Source: Balanoglossus misakiensis
Lineage: Eukaryota > Animalia > Hemichordata
Assembly (NCBI GenBank): GCA_040954595.2
Contig: CM082577.2
Coordinates: 15,135,903 to 15,199,902 of the forward strand
DNA: 64,000 nucleotides
Reading direction: 5' to 3'
A model generated the notes under the pieces. The model saw only the letters and a program-made list of their open reading frames with translations. It ran no database searches and was not told the DNA's origin. A program made the position numbers and the translations under genes. The first letter of the stretch is position 1, and every line of letters starts with the position of its first letter. Below are positions 1-13,500 of the stretch, in pieces.

Positions 1-9
1 CAATTTTCT

Positions 10-370
10 CCGCGATCGTGTTCTTCGATGCCATTCGCTCGTCTGCATTTTCTTCGTCTCTTGTCGCCATTCGCTCGTCGCCAACGTGTTCGTCGCCATT
101 CGCTCGTCCGCATTTCTTCGTCGCTTGTCGCCATTCGCTCGTCGCCAATGTGTCCTTCGATGCCATTCGCTCGTCCGCATTTTTTCGTCGCTCGTCGCCA
201 TTTGCTCGTCGTCAACGTTTTCGTCGCCATTCGCTCGTCCGCATTTCTTCGTCGCTTGTCGCCATTCGCTCGTCGCCAATGTGTCCTTCGATGCCATTCG
301 CTCGTCCGCATTTCTTCGTCGCTCGTCGCCATACACTCGCGTGCGTGTTTCCTTCGCCCCTCGTTCATCG
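10..370. repeat. GC-rich minisatellite built on GTCGCCATTCGCTCGTC subunits (~110-bp higher-order unit)
   Basis: CGCCATTCGCTCGTC recurs many times, in blocks repeating about every 110-125 bp. Confidence 0.9.
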
Positions 371-3279
371 CAATTCATAAAAAAAATGAAAAACCAGCAA
401 AACGATTCGGGTTAGTTTGAGCCCCCAGCCTTTAATATTTGCATCAAACAATGGGGGAGAGGGCAGTGTTTCCTCATTTTATGTTTGGCTCGAGGTTTTT
501 AACTGTCCCTCAGGCGCGTAAACGAACTTCAAGTTAGATTATCACACAGAATGTAATTATCTTGCATAAAAAAAAGAACAAAACTTATATGGGGGAGAAA
601 TGGGACCAAGAAGCTTTTGGTTTTTACCCATTAGGCACTTAATTAACTTAAAAAAATATTAATTAACTCCAGGGTAAAGCCGAAAGCTATTGCGTGCACC
701 ATCAACAAACTATTTTGGCACTTTATATCAGTATGATGAGCAGATATTATTTCTGTTCATCATTTCAATTTGAATACTATGACACGTTTCAAATGGGTAT
801 GCAAGATTTATTACATCAGCAGTTAGCCACACTTAGCTACACTATATATGAACAAATAATGAAATTAATTTTACCCACAAGAGGTCTTCTTGGAGGATGT
901 TTCTACATGGACAGTTCGACTCTGTCAATGCCTAGGGTTGTAACATTAATCTTCATTATAGTTCATATATAGTGAATAAATTTATTCCAAATTCATTTGT
1001 TAAGTTCTTACTTTGTTCAAAATTTTAAAAGCATCGTTTCCGTTAGGCGCTCAATGTTACTCTACTCGTCTTGCCCACTTTTCACATGATTCCAGTTCTT
1101 AACTCCGCGAAAAATAAGCTCTGGGAAATTGCTGTCCACCAGCCGTGCTTCCAACTCAAGGCAGAAAATTTACTTGTATTTTATGCGATTCAAAGCAAGG
1201 CACATTGCACAATTCACATATAAAGTTTACTGTTGTGATTTTAACTCTTCAGGTTAACTAATAAAGATAGGCTGAAATATTTGTTATGTGATGCAATGGG
1301 GCAAAACACTTAGAGTGGGGGGGGGGGGGGGTTCACACCATACTCATACTCGCTGCGTAGCACCAATGTTGGGTCTGGGCCGGTGTAGAAAAACCAATGT
1401 GGACACGCTAAGTGGGCACAGGGCTGACTTAGTTTGGGCGCATTCTATGTGAGTAAATATCCCATTTGTTTTCGTTTGTGTCGGCCACTTACCTGGAAAC
1501 CACCTCATTTGATTTCATGTTAATTGCATATTTGATCAGCAGATGCTAAAAAACTGACATGCCTACCAGCAACCATTGGCAAACACGAAAACAATCAAAT
1601 TCATTATGTTATTTGTGTAGAGGCCATACATTGTCACTGTGTGGCACTATAGCAATTGCCACTGAAGAGCCACATCCCTGTTAGTCTAGTATCTAGCCGT
1701 ATTTTGTCTGCTTTGCTTTCAAAACTACGTCAAGCTTCATGCATGCCATTGGCCCAATTTCCAATGATTGGACTTAGGTTATACATATATGTGTGAAGGA
1801 TGGGTAACATTTTTATTTTAAACTTAGCTTTCCTTTACACCAAATCACCATTGTTCACTTTATGTAAGTAACTTCATTCAAGGGGACGCTAGTTACAACA
1901 CAAAACCCCCTAGCTAGATTATAATTATCCACACCCTACAATCTCTATATTGGAGAATAACTGTGTACACGTGTCATATGCGATACAATCACTCTAAAAT
2001 TTCCAAGAGATTTCGTCAGTAAAGCTGGCCCAGAATTCATATGCTAAGTCATTAATGTTCCTAGAACAAGATGGACAAAGCGTCGATGTGAGATGTTTTG
2101 AGATGACCTTTTGATTTTGAGCTAATCAGGAACTTTTAATTTGATCCAGGTTGAGTTCATGACTTTCCGGATTCACCCGAAGTTACTCCGAAATGGTTCG
2201 GACGTCAACACGAATAATATCCAAAATGGCTGCCTCCAGGGGGATAGTGTTCAAGTGAGATTTGATGAACTATTGCCAATGATTGATGCTCGTCGTCGAC
2301 AAGAGTTGAAGCCCAGTAGTAGTATACAGATCGGACTTATTGTTTGTTGTGTTCCAGTAGTTTCAGAAGAATAGAATAGTATTTTGACTAGGTATTTGTG
2401 TACAGCCAGCGACCTGCTGATCTGTTGCTATGAACATTGTCAGCATGTCATGTACATCAGGTTGTTAGTACAGGCTGTACAGTACTGTCTGCATAGCTGC
2501 AGTTCAGTAGCTGAGGCTTTGTCATGGATTACTGCGAGTCTACGACGGTCTGCTGCCTTTGTGAGGGTCTCGTCGATTATCGTCATTGATTTCCTGAACT
2601 CTGACTTTTGGAAATTTCGTCGACCATATTTGGATTTTGCCAACTAAAGACAGTCATCAATGGAACTATTTATATGCACATCAGTTAACTGATTCATACA
2701 GCTGGGTACATTGATATACAGGCAACAGATACATTTTTCATTCTGTTTTATGCCCAGGGTGTAATTTCTAGTGACATAGTGTATAATCTTTCATGTAGTG
2801 AATTTATACATTTGAGAGTAGGTAGTTTTTAGATGGTGAATGTAGTTGATTTTTCATGTGTGAACCCACTTAGGAGAAAGTTTGATTTCCTAATTTGTAA
2901 AATAATTCAAACTACAGTAGGATGTTGATTATCCGAATTGTTCTGTTATCTGCATTTGCTCTCGTTTTTATTGTGCAGCACTGTGGTGATAATTGTTATC
3001 CTTTTTGAAGTTTGTACAAACTTGTTAAGTTATTTGATGATAGATTAGTTCATTACAAGAGTGTTGAAGCAGAGGTCGCGTTTACACAAAAAAGATGTAT
3101 GCATAAATACTTACTTTCATTTGAGTCAGTATTGATGCACAGGTAACAGCCAATCTAGCACAATGATCAAAGTAAACCGTACCGGCTGAGTATGTCTTAA
3201 TTGGAGGAAACAATCAAGCTAGCAGAGAGCGTGTTAGATTTGTGGATCAGTTTGCAGTTTTCAGGCAAGATGACATTTA

Positions 3280-3520
3280 ATTTTTTTATATCTCTCTGTA
3301 CTTTGACATCATATATCTTAAAGCCTCAGTGTTTCTCGTAGGGGCAAAATTTTGTTTGAAACGGCATCTATAATTTCTAAAAGTAGATGATAATTGATAC
3401 TGAATCGAACAGTCATCATCCCCAGCTCTTCTCATAAACTCATACAATTTACAATATAACGAGTGAAGAATGACTTTCTGTCCGGACAGAAAGTCACGTG
3501 AGTCAGGCTCTTTTGACACA
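3280..3520 (-). mobile_element. Inverted fragment of the repeat family at 10155-10535
   Basis: Direct sequence similarity; both give the pseudo-ORF text SGQKVILHSLYCKLY. Confidence 0.65.
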
Positions 3521-5334
3521 CGTGACTAGTGCGCATGCGCACTCAAATGTGAATCTATGCGGAAGAGGTTTGGTCGCCCCAAATCAAGCGACTCAGCGAA
3601 GAAATGCGCACTAATTCGGCGAAATTTTGGGAAGATAACTTTATGGGAAAATCAGTCGATGGAACTAGATCAAATCCGAAAATGGTCTGACCATCAAATG
3701 TCAAAGTGGCACGTTTGCTGATCGACATGTACAACATTTCCTTTGTAAACAAACCCGCGCATCACTTCAAGTGTTACGGGCAATATTTACAGCTTGCACG
3801 TAGCTACAGTTGCCCAAACCTTTCTTCTATCTTCATTATGTAGTATTCCATGATGAATGTACAGGAAAAACGGGCATTTTTCGATGATGAAAAATGGATA
3901 CACACGAGAAATACTGGGGCTTTAATAGATCAAAATTCACAAGTCTCAAAAATAATTATGAAGTTTCATTCAAATGTTGTTATCCAATTGCGTATGTTAT
4001 TTGCCGCCACACTTGAGATTTTTTTGTTGTAACTCTAAACTTTGACCTGTGCCGTGCCATAGCAACCAGTTTGTTTACGCTTTTGTTGTCATCTAGGGGC
4101 ACCAAATTGTAAATTTGCTGAAGCCATACAACCATCTCAGCATTTTGCGCAGTTACTGCTGAATTTGTGATAGTTAACTAGTCGGAACAAAGTACATGTA
4201 TAGCTGTTGTCAGTTTTCCAAACCATCTAGTGATTTTGAAAATCTAGCAATCGAGAAAGATGAAAACATGTGCATCCGTCTAATTTCTGCAAAACTGTAA
4301 ATTGACACTTGATAGAGATGACAAAGTGGCAGCAAATGACACAAGGCACTGTGTGAAAGAGGTGAGTGTGGAATGGAAAAGGCATGGTAGAACTTTTTGT
4401 CAAGAGGGGAAATAAAGTTATCCTCGCAAAGTACAGGAGGATAGACACCAGCACCAGAGATAACATCACCCAATTCCAAAACAGGGTGACCCCCTCCCCT
4501 ATAATCCCCCCCCCCCCCAGGCTGAAGAAACCGAACAGTACCTTAGTAGGCTCATGATTTATGTGAAGTTAAACGCAGCTATACGTTCTTCAGTATTGTG
4601 GAGGAAACCAACAGTTTTGGGGACCATACACGGAGTAATTGTAACTGTGTCACCAGCAAAGACATCAGTGTGTACTGCCACAAACATAAAAGTGTAGAGA
4701 CATTTGGAAGTCAATAAAATCAGCATTTTTTCTCTTCCACCAGACCCAGTTCAACAATACAAGGTGTCCATCAAATCCTGATAACAACCAGATTTGTAGT
4801 ATCTACATAAGAAATGTATTTACAGAACAGTGGTGAGTTTTTTTCGCTGAGGCCTATGGCCAGCAAATGGTTAAATAATAACACATGTTTTTTTGCCAGG
4901 GCAATATCATGATTTTTAGCCTGCACGCAAGGGGTGGTGATCTTTGACCATGATATTGATGATGCCCAAGCAGAGAGCGCCAGCCTGAGGGCAGGCTGAA
5001 AATCGTGATGTTTCCCGAGCATTTTGAGTTATTCATTTTCTTACACAGAATATTTGGTACATAAAGTATAGAACATATTTAGGGTTGTGTCCAGGGTCAT
5101 TGTAGTTGTAGGCCTACTTCCAACTCAGAGAATTTTGGGCAACTGTTGGTTGCAATTCTGATGTGTTTACTATCCATTTGCAGTAAAATATCATCCAATT
5201 GAAAAGGTTAAGGTGTGTAGCTCTTTGAAGCCATAGATGCGGGAGATTGAGATCGATTCGAACAACAATTTGTCATGTGCAGAAAAGATGCACAGAACTT
5301 AAAAATCATCCCAAGCAGGCCATATCCCCTACCA

Positions 5335-5660
5335 TGTTTTTCTCTATGCTCCCCACACAGGGTCTAGTAATTTGGTTTCCATTTTTTATTTTTTTTTTGC
5401 TATTGACAAGTTGAAAGTTAAAGGACTCTAACCATGGCAGTGCAGGTCAATGCTTACCATGTGATCATCATTCATATAGAAGTCAATAACAACATAATCT
5501 ACTACTGATTGACTGAATTAATGAGCAGGGGTGTTGCTCAATATTAGTGACCTAAGTTGCCATGGTTGGAGTCCTTTGACAAGCAAATAGGAAATTAAGC
5601 AACGTTTCAAAGATGGAGACCAAATTGCTAGACCCTGTGTGGAGTATAGCATAAAAAACA
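5335..5660. mobile_element. Fold-back MITE-like element
   Basis: Arm CCACACAGGGTCTAGTAATTTGGTTTCCA..AAAGGACTCTAACCATGGCA (5353-5439) pairs with TGCCATGGTTGGAGTCCTTT..TGGAGACCAAATTGCTAGACCCTGTGTGG (5558-5642) as imperfect reverse complements. Confidence 0.7.
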
Positions 5661-6363
5661 CAGGAGTCTGGATTCTAGACAATAAACTTACAGGAGGGCA
5701 ATTACAGTACAGATTTCAATCTCCCTTCATCGTACATGTACCTGCTTCCCCACAATAGCAAATCTTTGAACTACAACTGTGCATTTATTCTCTGATTTTA
5801 TTTAAATTTTCTTTCCAAGGTCATGGTGATATTTGTGGTGACCTTGATTCGCGCTGTGTGTATACATGGTGAACTTGCTGGCTGTTGACCCATGGTTGTG
5901 TATAAAGAAAGGCATTCCGAAATCCCAGCCATTGCAGAAAGAAGCAGAGGTAGGTTGCAATGAATTTGTGCTGTTCATTTTCAACAAGGTACATTCTTTT
6001 TTATGTGATCTTGTAAGTGTTGCTGTAAGATTTGTATGCAATTCCCAAAGAAAGAAGTTATGTCATCATAAAAGCTAATTGGAAGGTTGGAGGAAAAATT
6101 GCAGACACACTTTTGAGGGATGTTTTATACCAAGATATGTTATTTCAACCAGAAATCGTGTATTGTTTTTGCAAAATGGGGTCAAATTTGATTTCTGTAA
6201 GATCCCCCAATGCGCCATATAAAAAACAGTTGTGTGCTGTATACGATCAGCATCCCCTATATCTGGGCTTTAAGAAAATAATACTTGTTGTTAGTTAGAG
6301 CTTTGATAATTGACAAAAAACTACATTCCCTGTATGCACCTGTTTTGTATGTGGCGTGCTTAA

Positions 6364-6734
6364 GGATGTACGCGCAGAACATAAACCGGAAAACTACGCG
6401 CACCCGTCTTTTCCCCATAGGATTACATTGATAATCGCTGGAAAACAAACTTCTACTATTATCATTTTCACACAAAGCTCAGTCCAGTAAATATAAATTC
6501 ATTGGTCAAATAAAATATAGGAGTCACCGCGCTCAATTTTGAGATAAATTATGTTGAAAAGTGCTGAGTCAGCAGTTTTCTTCTATTATCGACTAAATTC
6601 ATGGCTCGTATTTCAAAAACATGCGCGGTGACCCCTATATTTTATTATGGATTTTCATTATACATACAAAGGAGAATCGAAAAATCCACAACTAAAAAAA
6701 TGACAATACTTTCAATTTTACTGAATGTACATCC
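6364..6734. mobile_element. Non-autonomous TTAA-flanked DNA transposon (Kolobok-type MITE)
   Basis: TTAA-GGATGTAC ... GTACATCC-TTAA. RR/YY termini with a TTAA target duplication. Confidence 0.75.
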
Positions 6735-6788
6735 TTAAAAGCAAAACACCCAAAGTGCATGCTGTCAAAGGCACAGTTTGACATATTT

Positions 6789-6880
6789 TTAACCCTTTCA
6801 CCCCTATTCCCTCTTTTGAGGTTCCAGTTTATCATAGAAAACAAGGGATTTGGACAAAACCATGGTTGTGAAAGGGTTTA
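6789..6880. mobile_element. ~85-bp piggyBac-type mini-MITE; second copy at 44059-44151
   Basis: TTAA-CCCTTTCAC ... GTGAAAGGG-TT(T)A. Shares internal CATAGAAAACAA..TTTGGAC..AACCATGGT with the copy at 44059-44151. Confidence 0.7.
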
Positions 6881-7369
6881 TCATGCACCACATGGAAAGC
6901 TATTCACTTCCTGAATGAAATATCCATGTTCTTCTTTTTTCGTTTGTAGGAGATTTCCACTCTCACTCCATGGAGACGGTCTGGAAGTAACTTCTCTTGT
7001 GTCGGTTTGGCCAAGCAGCGCTTGGAAACACCAGGTGCAGGAGCAGAAGAGAAAATGTCTTTGACAGACACGCCATGTAAAGTTGAAGCGTTGCAACCTT
7101 GTCTTTGATCTGCCCTACTCAGTTGAAGGGCTGTTCTTGTGTCTTTCAAAAGAGCAGTAAGATGTAACTAGCCAAGGCAGCAAATTATGGCAGACAGTTT
7201 GCTTAGACTTTGATATTGTGTTACCCTGTACTGCTTGTTACTTCCACTGGACATTTCCCACAATTCAATCTGACAAGGGATTAGTTTAGGGATGGGGTTG
7301 TTTTCTGACATTCCTGAATTCCACTTTGGAATTGTTGTAACATGAACATCATGTATTTCATGAAACCTG

Positions 7370-7539
7370 TACAGTGAAACCTGTCCCTTCAGACATTCCT
7401 GTAATCAGAACACATCTCAATTAAGGACAGATTTTTCAAGACAAAAGCTACAATTTCAATATAATAATACCTGTGTATTATCAACACCTCTCTGTTAAGG
7501 ACAGATTTTGTCCTGAAGGTGTCCATAATAGACACTGTA
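7370..7539. mobile_element. Degenerate Tc1/mariner/pogo-type MITE
   Basis: TA-CAGTG ... CACTG-TA termini and internal repeated TTAAGGACAGATTTT. Confidence 0.5.
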
Positions 7540-10154
7540 TGTTCAGGTTAAAAGCATCCATTTATTAGCCAACAAAAAAATGCATGCTATATCTTGTACT
7601 CACAGCCCCTCATTGTAAAAAAAATATTTATGATCAGGCAAAATGTATTCTTTATTAGAGCAAAAATAGCCACATTGCTGTTCCAAATAGAAACTGCATT
7701 GGGATAATCCTAGTTCTGTGATGCTGGTACCTCAGTGTACTGAATGTTGAATCATTCCAAAATCTTCAACCATGAAAACTTCAAACAGATGAAGAAAGAT
7801 TTTGGGTTGTCATGTTTTGTGGAATGGGCACACATCAGTATATAATTTGTGTAGTTATGTTTTGTGTAGGTCAGTGTCCCTGTACTGGATTGACACCAGT
7901 CAAATTTGTGATGTCATAATTTGCATGTCAGGTGACACACAGTACTAGAAATTTCCCATGATTCATTCTGATTTGTACCATCAGAGATTCCTCAGTCAAA
8001 CCAGGCATAGTTCACATGTGTAGAGAGAATTGTTGACCACTAATACAAATTTTGAGATTGTACTTTTAAGGTGAATCTTATTGTCAATTACCATTTCAAA
8101 TGATTAAGAATATCATGCATTTTTGAGAGAGGAGATACAAATTTTATAAAATAATCAAGCAATTGCATAGCCAGCCATACAAAAAGTTTGAAGTAAAACA
8201 GGGACACTTGAAACACATGTCTAATCAAACAAAAAGATTTTGATTTTGTTCCATTGACAGAACAATGGAAATTTACATGTTAACTTTCTACAGAGACTGG
8301 CCACCTCAGTTAGTCATTTGCTTGTTTCCTCCAAAGTGTGACATTTGTAGTACATGTATACTTTGATTCATATGGCTTTTAAATTTTGATTTTTAAAATT
8401 TTCACTCAAATTCCTCAATGTACTTTTCCTAGATAAAAATAAATAAACGTATAAGTACTTCATATCATTGTTAGTACGAAAAACAGAAACAGTTATTAAA
8501 TGGGCAACCTTCGATGATACAAATCATGGAAAATTGTGGGTAAAAAATTGTACTGTGTGACAGTGTCTCCCCAGATCTTAGATACAAAACTGTGAGTGTT
8601 AAAAAACAAAAGTGTGTTGTCATTTAGCGACAATCGTAGCAATGGCTCTTTTGGATTGGATATGGTTTAGGGTTCTGTATGTTGTAAATGATTGGTAATA
8701 AATTCATTGGAAGTAATTAGTGTATCTTCATTGACTAGAAGACCTAATTAGCACAAATATACCATGTATATACATGTATTGTTTCATATTTTGTGTCGAT
8801 ATTGTTTAAAGGTACGTTTCTACTTCTAGAGTTAGTATTGAAGTATACAAATATTTCATCTTGTGAGAATGTTTTATTTATGTCAGGAATTTCTGCTATA
8901 TTACATGTTGTGTTTTAATGATATTTTTTAAAAAGCGATAATATAATAAAAGAAATACTGTGTTTACATGATGTGTGTTTTGTTTTGTCGGCCCAATAAA
9001 ATTGTTTCAGAAACCAAATTTGATAAATCTGTATCACTTTCCCTGACCTTTCAAGCACTGATTGCCTTGGAAACAAGTGAGGAACTTTGCTGTAGTTTAA
9101 CATGAACATTAGTTATGCCCTGTTGCCTGTATCCAATCCCCTCTACTCTCCATACATTTCCATCACGAAATTAACAAAATATGAGATTTGACTTGAGTTA
9201 GTGGATATCATTAAGACAGGGTATTTTCCAACATTTCCACTTTTACTCAAGCACTACAATGAAGAAATCTCCTTTACTCTGGGATGGGTTCAAAAAGAAT
9301 GCCGAAAATCCCCCGTCTTTTGTTACTCTGAACAAGTGACATGGATATAAAAAGGTTGCATCAAAGCAAAAGTCTTTTCAGTCTGTAGTGTAATCCTCCC
9401 CCGCATAGGCGTCATGGAACAACAAAGTATCCCACATGATATGACAGACTTTAGCTTCACCGTGACGCCCTCAACGAACACAGGATAAAATACTTTGTTT
9501 AATTGGCGTGGACGTGATCTGCAGTCACGATCGCCCTACTACTTCTGCGTCACACATTTTCACCAGGAGAATATCTTCTTTCTGTTGTTTTTGTCCGGTC
9601 CGCTGTCAAGACGCTTGATGTGGTTTAGCTGGACGTTCAAATATGCGAACAATTGCAGTTATCAGCTGCCTCGGGTGTATGAAGTCATTTTTGCCAGAAC
9701 TGAACGCTGATGGCGCAATCACCTGGCCGGGACGCCCTCGTTCGTATACTGTGTACATTATTTATCAGGACGGGTAAGCAATTGCTCTCGCGGAGTCTCG
9801 GGACGTGCTTTATCAAAAAGGGTCCAGGGACATGAAGGGGGGTACATAGACAATCCGCTTATTTTCAAACTTAACAAGCTAAATTAACAAAATGTTATTC
9901 AAAATAATGTTCTACATCTGGAATATGTTTTTATTTACCAGTAAAGTACATGTAATAGAATAATTGGTTCAACTTCCATCTATCGATACAATATACTGCA
10001 TCCGAACGCCATTTCCTTTAATACTTGACATCTTTGCAATGAAACCGATGCAACGAGAAAGAAAAAAACTTAAAGCACTTTAAATACTGCATTACAAAAT
10101 GCCAACCCCAGCGTCAACTCCAGAGTTCGCCGAAGCCAATACATGTATTAAGTA

Positions 10155-10535
10155 TTAAAGGTATACAGTCGCCTCCAATTTACATACGCCCATTTTTCAT
10201 CATAGAAAGTTTTTCTCCCGCACATTCATCAAGGCACACTACATAATGAAGATATAGGAAAGGTTTGGGCAACTGTAGCAAGCCGTAAATATTGCCTGTA
10301 ACACTTGAAATGGTGCGCGGGTTTGTTAACGTTGCATTCCGTATGTCAACAGAGCCTGACTTTCCGTCCGGACAGAAAGTCATTCTTCACTCGTTATATT
10401 GTAAATTGTATTTGTTTATGAACAGACCTTTGTATGATAACTGTTCAATTCAGTATCAATTATCATGTACTTTTAGAAATTGAAGTTGCCGTTTCAAACA
10501 TAATTTATGCGAAAACGAGAAATAATGTGGCTTAA
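10155..10535 (+). mobile_element. Interspersed DNA-transposon fragment with a Kolobok-type 5' end; inverted copy at ~3280-3520
   Basis: Starts TTAA-AGGTATACAGTC, the same terminus as 43647. 10350-10530 is the reverse complement of ~3310-3515 (GGACAGAAAGTCATTCTTCACTCGTTATATTGTAAATTGTA). Confidence 0.65.
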
Positions 10536-13500
10536 AGGATGGTACCACAGCTGTTTCGGCCTCCCTTGAAACAAACGTTCTTGTAGTGCGTAGATAAATT
10601 ATTTTTCGCATTTTGGCTGATTCGTATTTTGTAATTACGCATTTTCAGGTCAAAAAGCTTGGACGGACAGATGCAAAATCGGGTTGAGCGGGGTTTCAAA
10701 ACAGCACATACATGTACACGCATGCTTATTTGTTCTTGATGAGCCTGGGATGCATCTGTACAAATGATGTACTGCTTATATTTGGAGATTAAAGAATACT
10801 GGTAAAACTCGTTAACAATTTGCCACGGGTGCTGCGCGTGTGGTACGGATTTCCTGACCACTCGACGCAATATTTCGCGGTTATTCCAAGTTCTGAGTTA
10901 GTCTAGAGTACACCACCGTTGTCAGTAAACGATGCACTACCGGGAAAATGTATATACACCTGACTTCGTGGAATGAGTGAAGGCCTGTAATTATGTGCAC
11001 GCTCTTCTTGCTTTGAAATTACATTTTATGCTGCATTCATTCAAAACAATTAATTTTTATAACTGTGTTGCTATTCACTCCATGTAGGCCTATGTATTTG
11101 TAAACAAAAAGTGAAACTAAGAATATTGGATCGTGAGCTCCCCGTGGTTTGATAAATCTGGCAAACCTTACACAGAGAGAAGATATACATGTATCATAGC
11201 ACAGTTTTTCTAAAGATTGGCCGATATTTGCATCCAACGTCCAACCTGTTTTAGTGACGTAGACACTCAGCATCGGGCTGAAGTGGCGCGCGACCTCTGG
11301 GCCGGGGGTCATAAACGCGAAACATTGCCATGGAAACAGTGAGCAAAACGGCACAAGCAGCTGACGATAGTCTACGTCCACTAAGTATGACAGAAAATAA
11401 TTCTATGGGGAATTCGTTCATTTTTGTGGTCTGTTCCTGAATGGGTTTTTCATTACTCAACGCGAGAGTTCAAACGAGGTCATTGCCCTATGCGCGTTTA
11501 ATTCCGTTCACACCAAAGGCGCTCCTAATATTCTTGTGATAGTAATCGTTATGTCTTTATGACTTTTCAATTCAATTTAAAAACATGGCCATACCCACTC
11601 AGTCATTTATAGTTGTACAGTGCTATGATTCTGTATTTAATAGGCAAGTCATAATGACATTCTGCATATATGACTATCACAACATTATTACGAGCGTCTG
11701 TGGTTCACACTAGACTATGCGCCGGGGACAGGGCTTATCATATATGCGTGACAAACCTTTAACAGTTCAGTAAACATTGCAATAAGCGGAACAGGTAAAT
11801 ACACCAGACTTCGTGGAATCGTCTTTGTCTGGTTCACAGCTTGGGCGAAGAACAATATTGTTTTTTGTACAGACCCCACGCGGGCAGTTTGATGTGTTTT
11901 AAATGATCTGTATTGTAGTGAGTAGGTCAGTTCTTCATTTGGGTGGTAAGAGTTGAGTTCTACAAGGGAGCTCCCGGACTTTAGTTCTGGACATAGGTTG
12001 GTCCTGCCAGGACTGCACGCTTGTCCTGTATGTCCACAGCTCTACACGTGTTCCCGTCTCTTCTGATCACCATCATCATCAACCAACACTCCGACCAGAC
12101 CCGAGACCGTATTCCACCCTTATTGGGAGACATGACAGTGGCGTGGCAGGTATCGGTGGCAATGCATTCATCAACGAATTGGTGGAACTGTTTGGAAAAC
12201 GATAAGTATTTTGCTTTCTGAAAATATATTTTGTCATGCATGTAAAATAAATTCGTACGGCGAAACCTGAATTGCGCCCCCATAAAAAAGTTTGCCAGTA
12301 CCAATAGAAAGAGCGCCCCCATGTAAATTAAAATTTAACTCCGTAAAATAAACATTTTCACCTGGGAAAAATGATTTGTTATTTTACAAAGTAAACCTTT
12401 TCATTAAAAATTAAAACATTTCTTTTTCAAAAAAAAATCCACGTAGTATAAATAATTTTATCTGAAATTGTTAATGTTTATTTTGGACAAAACAAATCTT
12501 TATTAAAATATTATTCTTGGAAAAATAAATTTGGTTCTCTAAAATAAAATTTGTGATAAGTAAAATTAAAGTTTTACTGTCAAAATCAAAAGTTTTGTCG
12601 ATCAAAATTACAGTTGCCGCCACCAAAATTAAAGTTTGCTGTTGGGAAAAGATATTGTCTATAAAAATAAAAGTTTAACTTTCAAAATAATAAATTATCA
12701 TTGTCGTGTAGGGCAACGATATAATTTATCTCTCCGATATCATCAAGGTTCTTAAATACGATTTTATACACGTTGCCGAGGTTCTTGACAAAAATCATGT
12801 GTGATAAATTTGGTACGATCATATCCCCATTTTCAGGTCTCGCACACTTTGCAATCAACGCCACAACGTATCAATGGTGCCCAACTTTGATTTGCATAAC
12901 ATGTCAATCACGCAGATTCAAACTGAACATCGTACCGATATACCGGTCATATCTCGGGGACAAAATGATTTCATCTTCGGTTTTCGTAAGTATTTTCAAA
13001 TTGTATTGCACCAGAAACCGCGGATGTCGTGCTAAATAAACTCATGCACTCCTTTTTGAATTTAGAGACCTAAAAAATCATCGGTAGACCTAAATTTACT
13101 GTCTATTACGGACAACGTCCGTTCTGTTGTTAGTGAGTTTGAATCTCCCACCATTATGCCAACTCTCGCATGCTCTCGCGCTTTTATACGGGAGTTGGGG
13201 GTTTAAATATCAAAACACCGCAAAGCATGCTGGGAAATTTCAGCACTCATCGACCTCTGTTATGGCGACCAAGAACCCAGCGTACGTGGAGAGATTTCAA
13301 TCCAATTTTTTTCCATGTTTTGAGAGTACTTGACAGATTTTGTTATCTTTGTGAAAATTATCGAAATAAAGCAATAAGAGAATCAAAGAGATGAATTCGG
13401 TAGATTTGCGGAAAATAAAAATAAAAGAGTTACCTTTGACCCCTTCTATTTTAGCCTTTAAAGGCATATACCAACTTTGATTTTTTGTGCCTTTTCATCC

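Noticed and set aside
18-420. Three overlapping 109-130-aa ORFs
   Set aside because: By-product of a stop-free minisatellite.
2040-2645. Coding-like minus-strand stretch (MAKSKYGRR...)
   Set aside because: Multiple stops and no recognisable domain; may be a decayed relic but cannot be assigned.
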